A DNA stretch of 64,000 nucleotides from Marsupella aquatica (Eukaryota; Plantae; Marchantiophyta): contig OZ316893.1 of NCBI GenBank assembly GCA_973895155.1, forward strand, positions 13,904,359 through 13,968,358. The letters are read 5' to 3'. Position numbers and translations under genes: made by a program. The notes under the pieces are model-generated. The model saw nothing but the letters and a program-made list of their open reading frames with translations, did no database searches and had not been told where the DNA came from. Below are positions 11,212 through 22,774 of this stretch, piece after piece. Position 1 is the first letter of the stretch, and each line of letters starts with the position of its first letter.

Positions 11212-14200
11212 ATGTCTCTCCGATATGCAGAGAAGCTGTCCTATCGAGCTGATGTGGGGGCAGTGGGAATGCCGGAATTTTTCGATTCTCCTACTATTCT
11301 TCAATCTAAGGTGAGTTCATTTTGACGATTGCTATTATTGTCTGACGATCTTGCCAGCCTGGTTTGCAGTGCAGCTCGTAGTGGTGTCTTTCTATCCCCC
11401 TTGATATGCGTGAATTGGTGCTTATATCGCTTAAGAACCGAGTGAAGAGACAAGGAAACCTGTGAGGGCACATGTAGAAGTGATCTTAGGTATTTGGTTA
11501 GTTCCTTTCATCTCTTTATGGCCGTTGCGGCTTGCACTTTTAACTGGAAGTTTTAACCTAAAATGAATACCGATAAACTCAAGCGTGCGATTGTTTTTGG
11601 CAAACTAGAAACCAACTGTCGCACAACGCCGAATCTTGCTCCAATACGAGCAATGATCATAGAAACCTAAGCCTATTCGTTGGAAGCCCTGCCCTAAATG
11701 TATCAGCCCACCTTCAGAAAGACATACCCTCGCATTAGTCATTTAGGTGGAAGATCAGGTCACATTGCCTTCCGGCTCTGAAAAATCCTAGCTTCGAATT
11801 AGACGTCCTTGTATTTCTTAGCAACCACTGAGGTTCTGCCTGTGCATCTGAATGCCAGTGTTTTGCACCGTCTGTGATGATAATGTGTTCCCCCATCCTC
11901 GATGGCTTCATAGTGGCCCCCACTGGCCTTCAGAATCCATGTCCATTGTTGAGCCCTAGACGTGTACTGACCAGTTCTGTTTAATTGAACTCTTCCCGGC
12001 TTTGTCGTGATTGCGGGCCCAAAGTCCCTTTACGCATATTGTGATCCATGTGAGGTCTATTGTGTCAATGTCGTTTGAAGCTACTCGAGGCTACCCTTTG
12101 CAATGAATGAATGAGCCACATTGTCCCTGTATCTTGAGTTTTGTACCGATGGAAAACTTATCGAGTCATGAGCCTAATATAGGTAGCATGGAACACACAT
12201 TTTAGCCAAGCTTTTCCCAAGGGGCTTATCGATGTGTGACCTTTCTAATCACAGGTTGCGGAGCTCGCGAAACTCATCAGGCAGGTCAGTTTCAGTCACA
12301 GAGGATATGCGTCGTTTATGACAAATAGGATTTTCCGGTTATATTTCTACGACCAATTAATTGTTCACCTGAGGGAGATTTACTCTTGCAACGTGACTTG
12401 CTCGGAACATCTCGTGGCAAGCTTTGAATAACATCAGACTCGTTGCATTTGCAGAGTAAGCATCTGGTGATATTCACAGGAGCCGGTATCTCGACGTCTT
12501 GTGGTATTCCTGATTTCCGTGGTCCGAATGGTATCTGGACGTTACAGGTAGGAAATTTTGAGTGAGCCATCAGTGTTAATGTTGGAGTTGACCTTGCGTT
12601 GTTCCTAATTGTGTGCTTATTTGCTCTTCAAAGGCCCCTTTTTGCATTTATACAGCTGGAAGCTTTCTATAAAGATTGTTCAAGCATGAAGAGAAATAAG
12701 GGGAAGAAGGGTGCATGCGTGAACTCAAGCTATAGGCCAAGGGCATTTCGTATTGTTCCTTCTCTCACCCTTGAATTCGGCTTTTTGTCTTCAATTTAAA
12801 AGAGTAGCCTTCCCTGTTCTCAACATCCTATTCCGACTGAATGATTTGGGAAAGCTTTGCTCGGAGATGTTATCGTGACATTTCTTGCTCTGCAGCATGA
12901 AGGGAAACCAATGCCTACAGCAGGAACTCCATTTCATCAAGCTAGGCCAGGTGTGACACACATGGCCCTGGTTGGACTGCAGCGAGCTGGGATTCTGAAG
13001 TACATCATAAGTCAGGTTTGCTCGTTCTTCCTCAGAAAAGGGCTCTGTGCTAGGGGGCCTTCAGCAAACTTTGAAGGAATGCTGCAAGAAAACATCAGAG
13101 AATCGAATGGCAAGACCAGCATGGGTGGTCCCTCCTGTTAAGCCGTGCAGTGATTGAACGCCAGATAATGGTGATTGGATACAGCTAGTTTTTACTTAGC
13201 AAGTTGTGCATTGTTTGACGTATGCAGAACATAGATGGACTACACTTACGGTCGGGGATCCCGAAGGTCCAGTTGGCGGAGCTGCATGGTAATTGTTTCA
13301 GAGAAGTTTGCGGTGGATGTGGAAAAGAGTAAGCTTGAATCCCATCCTTTGTGTATAAGGCTGGCATTAGCTATTCTCGTGTAAGGTCAAGCCTCTGCTT
13401 AGCATGATCATTTGGATGCCTAAGAGTGACCGGAACCACATCTGTATTTGATAGAATCTGACATGTTATCGTATGTTAATTGTGTGTCCCTATTTGAGTT
13501 TCTCCAAGAGCATATGCCCCTTGACAGGATATGTAAGTTCGATGTCAAGAAGAAACACATAAGAATAGAATTTAGAATGTCAGACCAGGACACAAGCTCA
13601 TCTATGACTCAATCTCACCGTTGTTGAAGTTGTTTGTTTCTAGATTCGTGTTTGTGTTTCACCTTACTAAGAATGCTGACGTCGGAAACTGTTGAAGTTA
13701 TGTACGAGATTTCGAGATGGAGACCATAGGCCTGCGACCAACTGGAAGGCGCTGCCCTATCCCGGATTGCAGTGCAAAGCTTCTCGACACTATTGTAGAC
13801 TGGGAGGTAGGGAAACAACTACACCGTTGTTACTTTGATCTAAACTGCTAAGTTACATCTTCTGTGACATTCTGGTTTGAGATACTGGTCCTCCAACACG
13901 GAAATTTTAGAAAATAAGTACTGGAAAGTGATTTCGTTGTAATTTGTGTGTACTTAGATGTTATGGTCAATATAAAAGCCTACAATAGTTTGAAAAAGTT
14001 GGCAAAGTTGGACGAGGAGAGTTGACACAAAAGCCGGCTGTGTCAATTCTAAAGTAGCTCCTACTGCATGTATGCGAGAGCTCTATTGCATGAATGCGAG
14101 ATGGATCAGATTACAACCTTCAGACTTTGCATACAAACATGAGTGAAGATGACAAAATGTTGCAGTTCTATGTGTCTACCAAGCCGCCTCCTTTTGTGTT

Positions 14201-16882
14201 CCTCACTCAGCTTTTTCAATTCTGGCAGGATGCATTACCTCCATCAGAGTTGAAACAGGCGGAAAAGCATTCAAAACAAGCAGATTTAACCTTATGTCTG
14301 GGAACAAGGTTGGCCTTTCCATCCGGAAGTCAATGGACCAATTTCTTGTTTCTTTCTCTTTGTTTCTTGACTCGGTGCTAACTGTATTCTCATTATTGTA
14401 TTAATCAGACAGCAAGGCCCTTCCACGTTCACATAAGCTCTTAATTTTAATGCATGAAATTGACTTAAAATTGTGAACAGCCTGCAAATTACACCAGCGT
14501 GCAATCTCCCTATGAAGACAGTACGAGCAGGAGGCAAGCTGGTGATTGTCAATCTTCAGGTCATTCTAACACAACTCTCGAATGTTTACTAAGTTGACTG
14601 CAAGTACTTATGTTGAAGCAATTACCCGTGGATGAATAATTTTGTGGCACGAGAATAGCATGCTTTTGCTTTAATCCTTAATTCTAGTTTGTCGTTTTCA
14701 GGCAACTCCTAAGGACAAAAATGCAGTTCTGGTGGTTCATGCCCGAGTTGATGAGGTCAGCAGCCCTCTTTTGGCATTTTAATCACTACTCTAACAGTAC
14801 ATCGTTCTTGTGGGCCTCAGAAACTTGTTTCGGGGCTTCCTGTGACTTTTCGGCTCTGCTCCTACCCCTCCCATTCATTTGAAGAAAGAATTATGCTTGG
14901 CTCTGGCACTCATTCCTTCTCCCGGTTATTTGAAGAAAGAATTATTCTAAGCTTTTTGATACCAACCTGAGGACTTACTTCTAAATCTCAAACCGTTGCA
15001 GGTCATTCAAGGAGTAATGAATGAGCTTCATCTTCAAATCCCCCCATATGTCCGTGTGGATTGCCTCAGGGTCAGCTACTACTATGCTATGACTAGTAAG
15101 GAAAACCTCGGCCAATAATACTTATTCCATGCGATCTGGCCCAAAAGAGTGTTGCATAGAAGAGACTAGTTATCCAAATTATAGTAGCCTCCTTTATCAC
15201 CTTGCAAGTCCACAACTCTTTTTGTATAACAAGCTCGCCTAATTCGTGGGGGGTTCTGCCAGGAAAAATCTCTTCCCTGCCTGTATTGAGCACAACTGCT
15301 TCTAACTCTAGTCCCGTGAGCATTGGCATGAGCGAGCCTTTCTAGAAAATGAAACTTCTCTGTTGTGTGTACTTTACGTATTTGACATGTGATGGCATGT
15401 GTTAAGAACATCGTTTTGAATTATTAATTCTCAAAGCGCTTGCTTATACAGGGAAGAAGAGTGTGAAGTGGGTCCTTCGAATTGCCAGTACCCATGGTAA
15501 TAAGGCACCAGTGCCGTTTTTGGAGTCAGTTGAGGTAAGATAGGTGCCAAGGTGGATAAGAGCTCCGAATATATTAGGTGGATTCTAATTCATCTACTGT
15601 GAATGAGGTGGAGGATTTTAGGATATGTTCACCCTTTCATCAAATAGCAGCGGTTGATTGTCGTTGGGTTGGAACACAAGTAAATTTATTCCCTTTTTAT
15701 ATACCGAATGCAATGGACATAGGATGACAACTTGCTCACTGTGAGACGCAGGTAACATTTCCGGAGCGACCTGACTTAAAAATTGTCACCTGGAGAAAGC
15801 AGCCCTTTCTTCTCCGCAGGTACTTATCTTTTCATTCTTTTTGAAGTCACGAGCATCAACTTTCCGATTCACCTTTAGTGCATATGACACAAGGTTCGAA
15901 GATGTATAGTTAATAACCAAACACACCTGACAGTCAGTCTTCCATAGACGATGAAGTCTTTCTTATGAGCTCAATTTAAGGCTCAATTTTGGCGTAGGAC
16001 TTCCTTGTAGATTACCATTCTTTCCAACTCAGTTCCGAAATTTGGCAGCAACCTGTATGCTGATCTTATTGCTAAACTGAAAACGCTGTGAACTAACTGC
16101 CAGAGTAACGAGTAAGGTGAAGTCTCTTGACATCATCCTGAGGCTGCAATTCGGGAATGGCTCTATGTGTTCCTCAACAGACATTCGGCACACTCTTCAC
16201 TTTGAGGTAATTGTCTGAGAAGAAATAGAATTTAGGGTGTGTCTGCAGTTGTGTTGAGTTACTGGTATGATGCAATGGTACAGGTTAGGAGGTACTTCCA
16301 ATTTTCTTTTGGCCGCCGTTTCAAATGACTTCATAGAAAATGTACGCACTGTGAACGACATAAACACACACGCATGTGAGATGGCCTGCAGCAGTTTCAT
16401 ATCTTTCCACTCTTGGTTAGAAGCCTTACGTTTGTGTTGGTTTCATTTCTTGTCAGCCAAACAGAGTGAACGGACTGGAAGAAGACAGGGAAGGAGCACT
16501 CGGGACTTTGCGGCTTCGTGCAGCCGAGGAAGCTCTTTGTGGACTGGTTGCCCCCATCGAAATTCGACAGCAAACAGATGGGACTAAGGGTTCTATCGTA
16601 GACTATGGCATTGTCACGAGTGTAGTCTCTCACGCACCAAATGTTCTCCAGCAATTGGGAAGGAGAAGGCAACCGGAAAGGAAAGTGGAGGAAACGAAAG
16701 AAACAGACGATAATATCCGAGCAAAAGCTGAAAACGGATCTCGGCCCAGCCCAGAGAAAACATACCGGAAACGGCCTCGAAAGTCAGAAACTGACGATAC
16801 GACTCGAGCAAAAGCCGAAAACGAAACTGAGAAACGCGCGAGTCCTATAAAAAGATATCGGAAAAGATCCAAGAAGTCTTGA
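11212..16882 (+). CDS. SRT1: NAD-dependent deacetylase SRT1 (class IV sirtuin, SIRT6-like), about 512 aa. Exons 11212-11310, 12255-12284, 12455-12547, 12896-13015, 13228-13328, 13698-13806, 14229-14308, 14481-14559, 14702-14755, 15002-15095, 15452-15534, 15752-15819, 16104-16206, 16457-16882
   Basis: [12 protein letters not shown]-terminus, [28 protein letters not shown], two Cys pairs, LCLGTSLQITPA, IVNLQ; all introns GT-AG with consistent phases. Confidence 0.95.
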
Positions 16883-19800
16883 ACGGATCAAGTCATGTGA
16901 GGTAACGAGTGCTGGTTACGCCGGAAGAAATTTTCAATGAGGGCGCCAATTCGGAATCAAACCGCAAAATATAGATTTTATAGCAGAGTTTTTGACATGT
17001 CCATTTCGGTAGTGGGCTACAACTTTAGCCTAAGAGGAGCAATTCGCCAATGATGGTTTGCTTCCCAAAGTTACGGCCAGCCACAGAGTGACTAGAGTAC
17101 GTGTACAACAGCGTTTTGTCTTAAATCCACATCGATATCTTTCCAGTGTCAGCAAACGAAGTTGCGGTAGACTTGTCTTCACCACCATCGTAACTACCTT
17201 GCCCTCACTCACAATAGCGATAGCTGGAAGTAGACACATCACAGCAATTCATGCGCGTGGCAAAATCGGTAGTTGGGCAACCGCCAAGGACATCAAAGTT
17301 TGGAAGGCTCTCTTTTACTGCAGGACCCAGTCAGATTGAAGAGCAAGGCCTCAATTTCTGCTCACAAATTGATGCGTGAAATTGGAAGAAGTAAGGAAGG
17401 ATGCTCCTGAAGAATATCAGCAGGACTTGCATGAAGGTATGTTGTGAGTCAGATCATCGAGAAGAGAGAAGCTGATCAGCTCATGGGCGACCTTAGTGGG
17501 GATCTGATTCGGCCGTCCGCGCCTTTGTACGTGTGGCCTTCTCTCTCGAAGGATAGAAACTGAGTGGATGGAATGAAAGCGAGTTTTTGTACGAAAGTAA
17601 TAGGATTTAGAAAAGGGTAGATAAGGTCGCCTATTTTGAAGGTGTAGTAGATAGCTACGGAGCGATGAGGCCTTTACTTTTGCGCTATGACAATTGTAGA
17701 CTCTGTTTTGGAAGGTACTCCCCGCACATTGCGAATAGAGACCTCAATTCCTCCTGCTAAAGCCGTTGCTCGAGCAGTGTTCAGTCATGCCATTACCGAT
17801 AGTCTCATGGGGAGGATTTCATATTATTTTGGGAGGACTTTTTAAGATGCAGTTCGTTTGATAAGAAATGGTGCGTGTGCTTTCTTGTGTCTTCACGATC
17901 ACTTTCCTACCTTGTCATCCAAGAATCTATTGACGAGTTGGATGTTGGCACCCAAAGCCGACCGTCTCCAGAGCCGACCTCTTCAAAGATTATCAACCTG
18001 GCATTACTCCGCAATGACACGACTGTAATCTGCGGCTTGTGCCAAATTCTCCACTCAGCATACGCTGGATGTCCCGCAAAGACAAATCAATTCGTAGTCA
18101 AAAAGCGGAAATCTGGCCTCGACATCGCGTTCCGTAACGCACATGACACTTCGCTTTGACCAGCTCTTTTCTTCCCTTTAAATAATTTTTTGAAGTTTGT
18201 CTGAAAAGGAGCACCTCTTGCTACATTGGCCCGGATCCAAGGCAGAAGCCTTCAAAGTACAGTACAAAGAATTTGCAACCACAAAGCTTGGCTTACACTT
18301 TTGTGGTCAGATGAGTATCTGAGTGCCTGACTCTGTCGACACCTATGTCACGGACGTCGGTAAAGTTGCGTTTCTCGGTTAAACGCGGCCTTCGTCCGGC
18401 CCTGTTTGGACCAATGCACCGCTACAGCCCAAGCTGCAGAGAAAGGCCCGAAAAGTTGTTCGACAAACCACTGCACTCCACTTCTAGTAACCGCTTTTAC
18501 CTATTTATACCACAATACGCCGTTACTAGAATCATTATGGCTCTTTCAAGTTTTCCCACGATAAAATCTTTTTCGAATTGGGTGCAATTAAGCACTCTAC
18601 AGTCTGCCTGCTCAGATTCGGATCACTACAGGACTACAATAGCTACCGTACCCGTCATCATTGGTCCACCCGAATCGCAAACACCTTTCTCTCATTATTG
18701 TTTGTACATTCAGCCTGTTTCAGTGCCTGAACGAGTGTAATTGATCCCCAAGCCGTGAAACTCTCACTGATGCAATCGCCTGCACCCGAATCTCCTGCCT
18801 CACACGTACAACTTTTCATGATTAATTGCTTGCTACAGTAGGAGTCCAATAGAATTCGGTTTTCCGATAGTAGATCAAAACACGTCGTGGTAGCTTTAAG
18901 CTTGAGATGCTGGGTCTGCTCAACTATGGCCAGACCACGTCTGTAAGCACTTCGACAATCCGTCAGTACTTTGTGAATCAGTGAGAACTAATCTAGGCGA
19001 CGTGAGCTGAATCCCTTCGCTCGTAGTCCAATTACAGCTCAACTGTGCTTAACTCACCAGAGATTCAAGCACTGCTCAATATGCAAATCGCGGCTCAAAT
19101 GCCTGATCTGCGCCTGGCCCAATGCTCATCGACCGGCAACTGCTGCCAAAACGGCCGACGCTTGAACTGGTCTCTCGCCAGTCAAACTTCGATTACTGCT
19201 TTGAATCTTGCTTCGTGCGTGCCCGACAGTTCGCTGGGCCAAATCTCCCCCAAAAAAATCTCCCCCAAAATATTTCTGTGACTCTGCTCTGTCCTAACTT
19301 CACGATACTCGGTATTGTTGTAAGCTTCCTTAACCTTGAAGAAATTAACGCAATGTGACAAAGGGCAGTCTCTGAACCTTCATCTCCTTCGGCCACCAGA
19401 TAGAAATCCTCCTCTTTCTTAATGGCCTCGTTAGAAGGGAGGAGGCCAAATTGCGAGGGTAAAACATCATCATTTTAGCAGAGGTCTGAGCCCTGTCATA
19501 AATGAAATCTGAATTAGTAGGTGGGGCTGAAGCCAAAGAAGTTCCTTAGGCGAAGTTCTTTTGGAAGCATTAGCAGACTTCGAAATAGAAGCGGTTCCAC
19601 CAACCGTGACCTGACACGGAAAGATTCGCTCCAGTTTTAAAGATGTAGAGTCTTGTTTAACAAATTTTTGTCAGAAGTAGTAAGTGAACGATCCACAGGT
19701 AAGAAACGTCAGGAGTGAATCAATAAGAGACATTTATCATTGCATAGCGCTGTCTACAGCAGTGGAAGGCACCCTCACGGAGTTATTCTCTGACCGAACT

Positions 19801-21857
19801 CCGATGTATCAGAAATAGGTATGTCAGCAGAATGACGTTGAACAAGAGATTTCTTCATTAATCATCCCAGAGCCAATCTTTGTCGCAGTAAAACATTTAC
19901 CTCAAAAAATCGACCCAGCTCTCATCGCCGCAGGTTTCTATCGAGGAAACCAGGGGTGCAAAGAATGTCAGTCTTTATTTCGTGTCACCCGAGTTCAGAC
20001 TTGGACAGAAAGTTCAAAGGTAAGTACGGGGCATCATCTCCAGGAAACAGTGGCATTACGGAAGAACCCTGTCATTCAATGTGAACGAAAATACATGAAA
20101 TTTCGAAATTTTGCAGAAGCCAGTGACTGTCAACTGGAATCTCCACCGAAAAGGGCATTCTCCAGTTGTTGGGTAATGACGGAACAGCAATGACGGAACA
20201 GACTATACATGAGAAGTAGGGTGGCAGTGGATTGATTCATTCTTTAAAGCCTTTCTAATTTCGAACAAGCGGAATAGGGATGTGTATGATTTCATTGACC
20301 TTCATTAGCTGCTCTCTCACAGAGATCAAGAAGGCTGGTCTGGGGCCGCCGAGTGTCCTCTTGCTCAACACACCGGACGGGAGGAAGGGTTTTGTAGACA
20401 TGGGTTATGGACCATCCATCCAACAAAAGGTGCAAACACATAAGTACAATGGCAAACTGTAGACTCCACATCGTCGCCCGTTCATGGGTTTCCGGCTCCC
20501 ATGAAGGATGCGATGCACTGGGCACCGAATTTTCAAGCTCTACGCTTAACTGGAAAGGCTTGATCGACAGTCACATTCTCTTCTGCCAACATGATAAACC
20601 TCAAATTCCAGTGGGAGCTATAAAATCCACTCATGAGCAACTAAAGGCAGCCGGGCCCGTTATACATAACTACAACTATTACTGTTTCCATTCCATCTAG
20701 CTTACCGGTTGTAACCGATTCCATTCTGACCCAGGATTTTCTCGTGATGGTTGTACTCTGTGGAACAGTTACTTTCTGGTACAATCCCATCTGAACCAAT
20801 TTACCTCAAGACAGCTTTGAATTATTTCTCATGCTCGAGAGACAAATTATACTTACGCGGCGAGATCCTTATTTATAGATGGAATCTTGAGAATGTGATC
20901 AATCTGTCGAGAATCCTTTCCTCATCGTCGATCATCATGTGGTCACTAAATTTTCTATCAAAGATGTACGAGACTGGAGATGCAAAGGTGAATCATGTTG
21001 GAGACAAGCTCAGGACCCATTTGATATGTTTGAATCTTCCTTGCCAGTCAATATGACCTGGGGAAAGGGTTAGTGTTCCATTTTTCAATAATCAAAAGGA
21101 AGTTCAGCCCCGGTTTTAAGTATTCTTTAGAGTGCGGCAATTCTGGAAATTTATGGGCAATGCATTACTTGGAGGGAACTAGTCGGACACCCCAACTTGA
21201 AGACCAATTTCTGCCAGTCGTTTATTTCGCCGCTACTGCAGATGTTACCTTGACAAACCAGCAATTCCTTCAGGGCACTGACTCCTCTGTTAGAGTCTTC
21301 ATTGGTGAAGTAATAGAACTTGCGCGTATGCTGAGATAAACTGGGTAAAGTCACAGGAGATGTGTCAAAAGCAATACGATCGCAGTTAATATCTACTGAG
21401 TTGAAAGTTTGGAAGAAGGGAGCTAGAGGCATGTGCTGCGACCCAAGTAAGATATCCCTTGCTACTGGTATGAATCACAGCTCAGGCATAACAATTGTTC
21501 CAAAAAGGAGCAAGGATGAATGCGGAAATTAAGCTGGCGTAACCCCTGGGTCGAAAAATGGAGCCCACAATGGAGAAAGGTCCAGGAAAACTAGGAAATG
21601 TTCACAACCAAACGACTGGTTAGCAAATCTCTTGTGGAGACGGAAAAATCTTCAGAGGATTCTAGCAACAAATCTTACATGATTCATTCCACCAATGTTT
21701 GTAAGGCTTTCGTCTAATCCTCGGCAAACCATAAGATTGATGAATCTCCAAAATGAGGCCCACAAAGTTGCCTCAATAGGCTACAATTGAGAGGGATGCA
21801 GGAAATCTGGTAGCGAAGACTGAGAATTTAAAGTGCCAAAATTTGAGTAGAGGTGCA

Positions 21858-22598
21858 ATGGAACCTGAACCAGGATCAAATGACGAACAGCAATCCTCGG
21901 AAACCCAGGATAAGAAAGAGATCCAGATTGAAGGCGCAAATATACCTGTGAGAGGTGAACTCATCAAGCACACAGATTCAGAAATGACGACAATTTTGGA
22001 GGAGGGCGAGCAGAGCACTCAAGAAGGCGAGCAGAGCACTAAAGACGACGACCGGAGTCACTCTAAGGAAACGATTTCACCTAAGAAGCATAGCAAAGCT
22101 CCTCTGGAAACTGCTGGATCTGACTCAGATACAGAGAGTACATCTCCCAAGAGTGAAACGAAGATCACAAGGAAGAAGCAAAGCAAAGTGCAAAGGGAAG
22201 TCTCCGAAGCAGTCATCAAAAGGAAAGAAACAATCAAGGCATTACTAGTATCTTCAGAAATCTTGCCAGAAGAGGACGAAACTTCAGTAGAAGAAGTAGA
22301 AGAGGGGCCTCCTCCAGAACCAGGACACAGTCATTTCAAGTTTCTCAAGAAAAGGTGTGGGAAATTGGTGAATCTCGAGACATGGGTGGCACCCTGGGAG
22401 GGGTATAACATGTTGGAAACTCCTAAGTCTTGGAAACCGGTTGACGAATGGGCTCCAACTCGCCAATTCAATCGTTATCACAACAAGTTGGTGGTCTGGA
22501 GGCACAACCATCCCTTGGCACAACACATCGGATGGGACAGAGGATGCATCACAAAGTATTGTAAAAGGCCCATGATTTCAAGCTCCTGGGATAACTAA
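21858..22598 (+). CDS. Uncharacterised 246-aa protein: acidic/Ser/Lys-rich disordered N-terminus, Trp/His-rich C-terminal region
   Basis: Longest non-TE unassigned ORF, good start context (GCAATGG), protein-like composition; upstream splice-like donors (about 19699, 20020) suggest 5' UTR exons. No family recognised. Confidence 0.6.
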   Translation: MEPEPGSNDEQQSSETQDKKEIQIEGANIPVRGELIKHTDSEMTTILEEGEQSTQEGEQSTKDDDRSHSKETISPKKHSKAPLETAGSDSDTESTSPKSETKITRKKQSKVQREVSEAVIKRKETIKALLVSSEILPEEDETSVEEVEEGPPPEPGHSHFKFLKKRCGKLVNLETWVAPWEGYNMLETPKSWKPVDEWAPTRQFNRYHNKLVVWRHNHPLAQHIGWDRGCITKYCKRPMISSSWDN

Positions 22599-22701
22599 TA
22601 TAAAAGTGGAATCAAGCTTCCAACAGTCGCCCCAATTTGGTGGCGCATGTTGTTCTTATATATTTGTGTAATTATGGTTTGTGTGGAACGATGGACGGAG
22701 C

Positions 22702-22774
22702 GGTTCCATGGTGTAGTGGTTATCACGTCTGCTTTACACGCAGAAGGTCGCGAGTTCGAGCCTCGCTGGGATCA
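22702..22774 (+). tRNA. trnV-UAC: tRNA-Val (anticodon TAC)
   Basis: 73-nt cloverleaf GGTTCCA...TGGGATC-A; anticodon arm TCTGC-TTTACAC-GCAGA; T arm GCGAG-TTCGAGC-CTCGC; TATA-like run about 40 bp upstream; TTTT at 22777-22780. Confidence 0.95.

Noticed and set aside
14950-14964. PBS-like GCTTTTTGATACCA in an SRT1 intron
   Set aside because: No adjacent LTR or retroelement sequence that I can see
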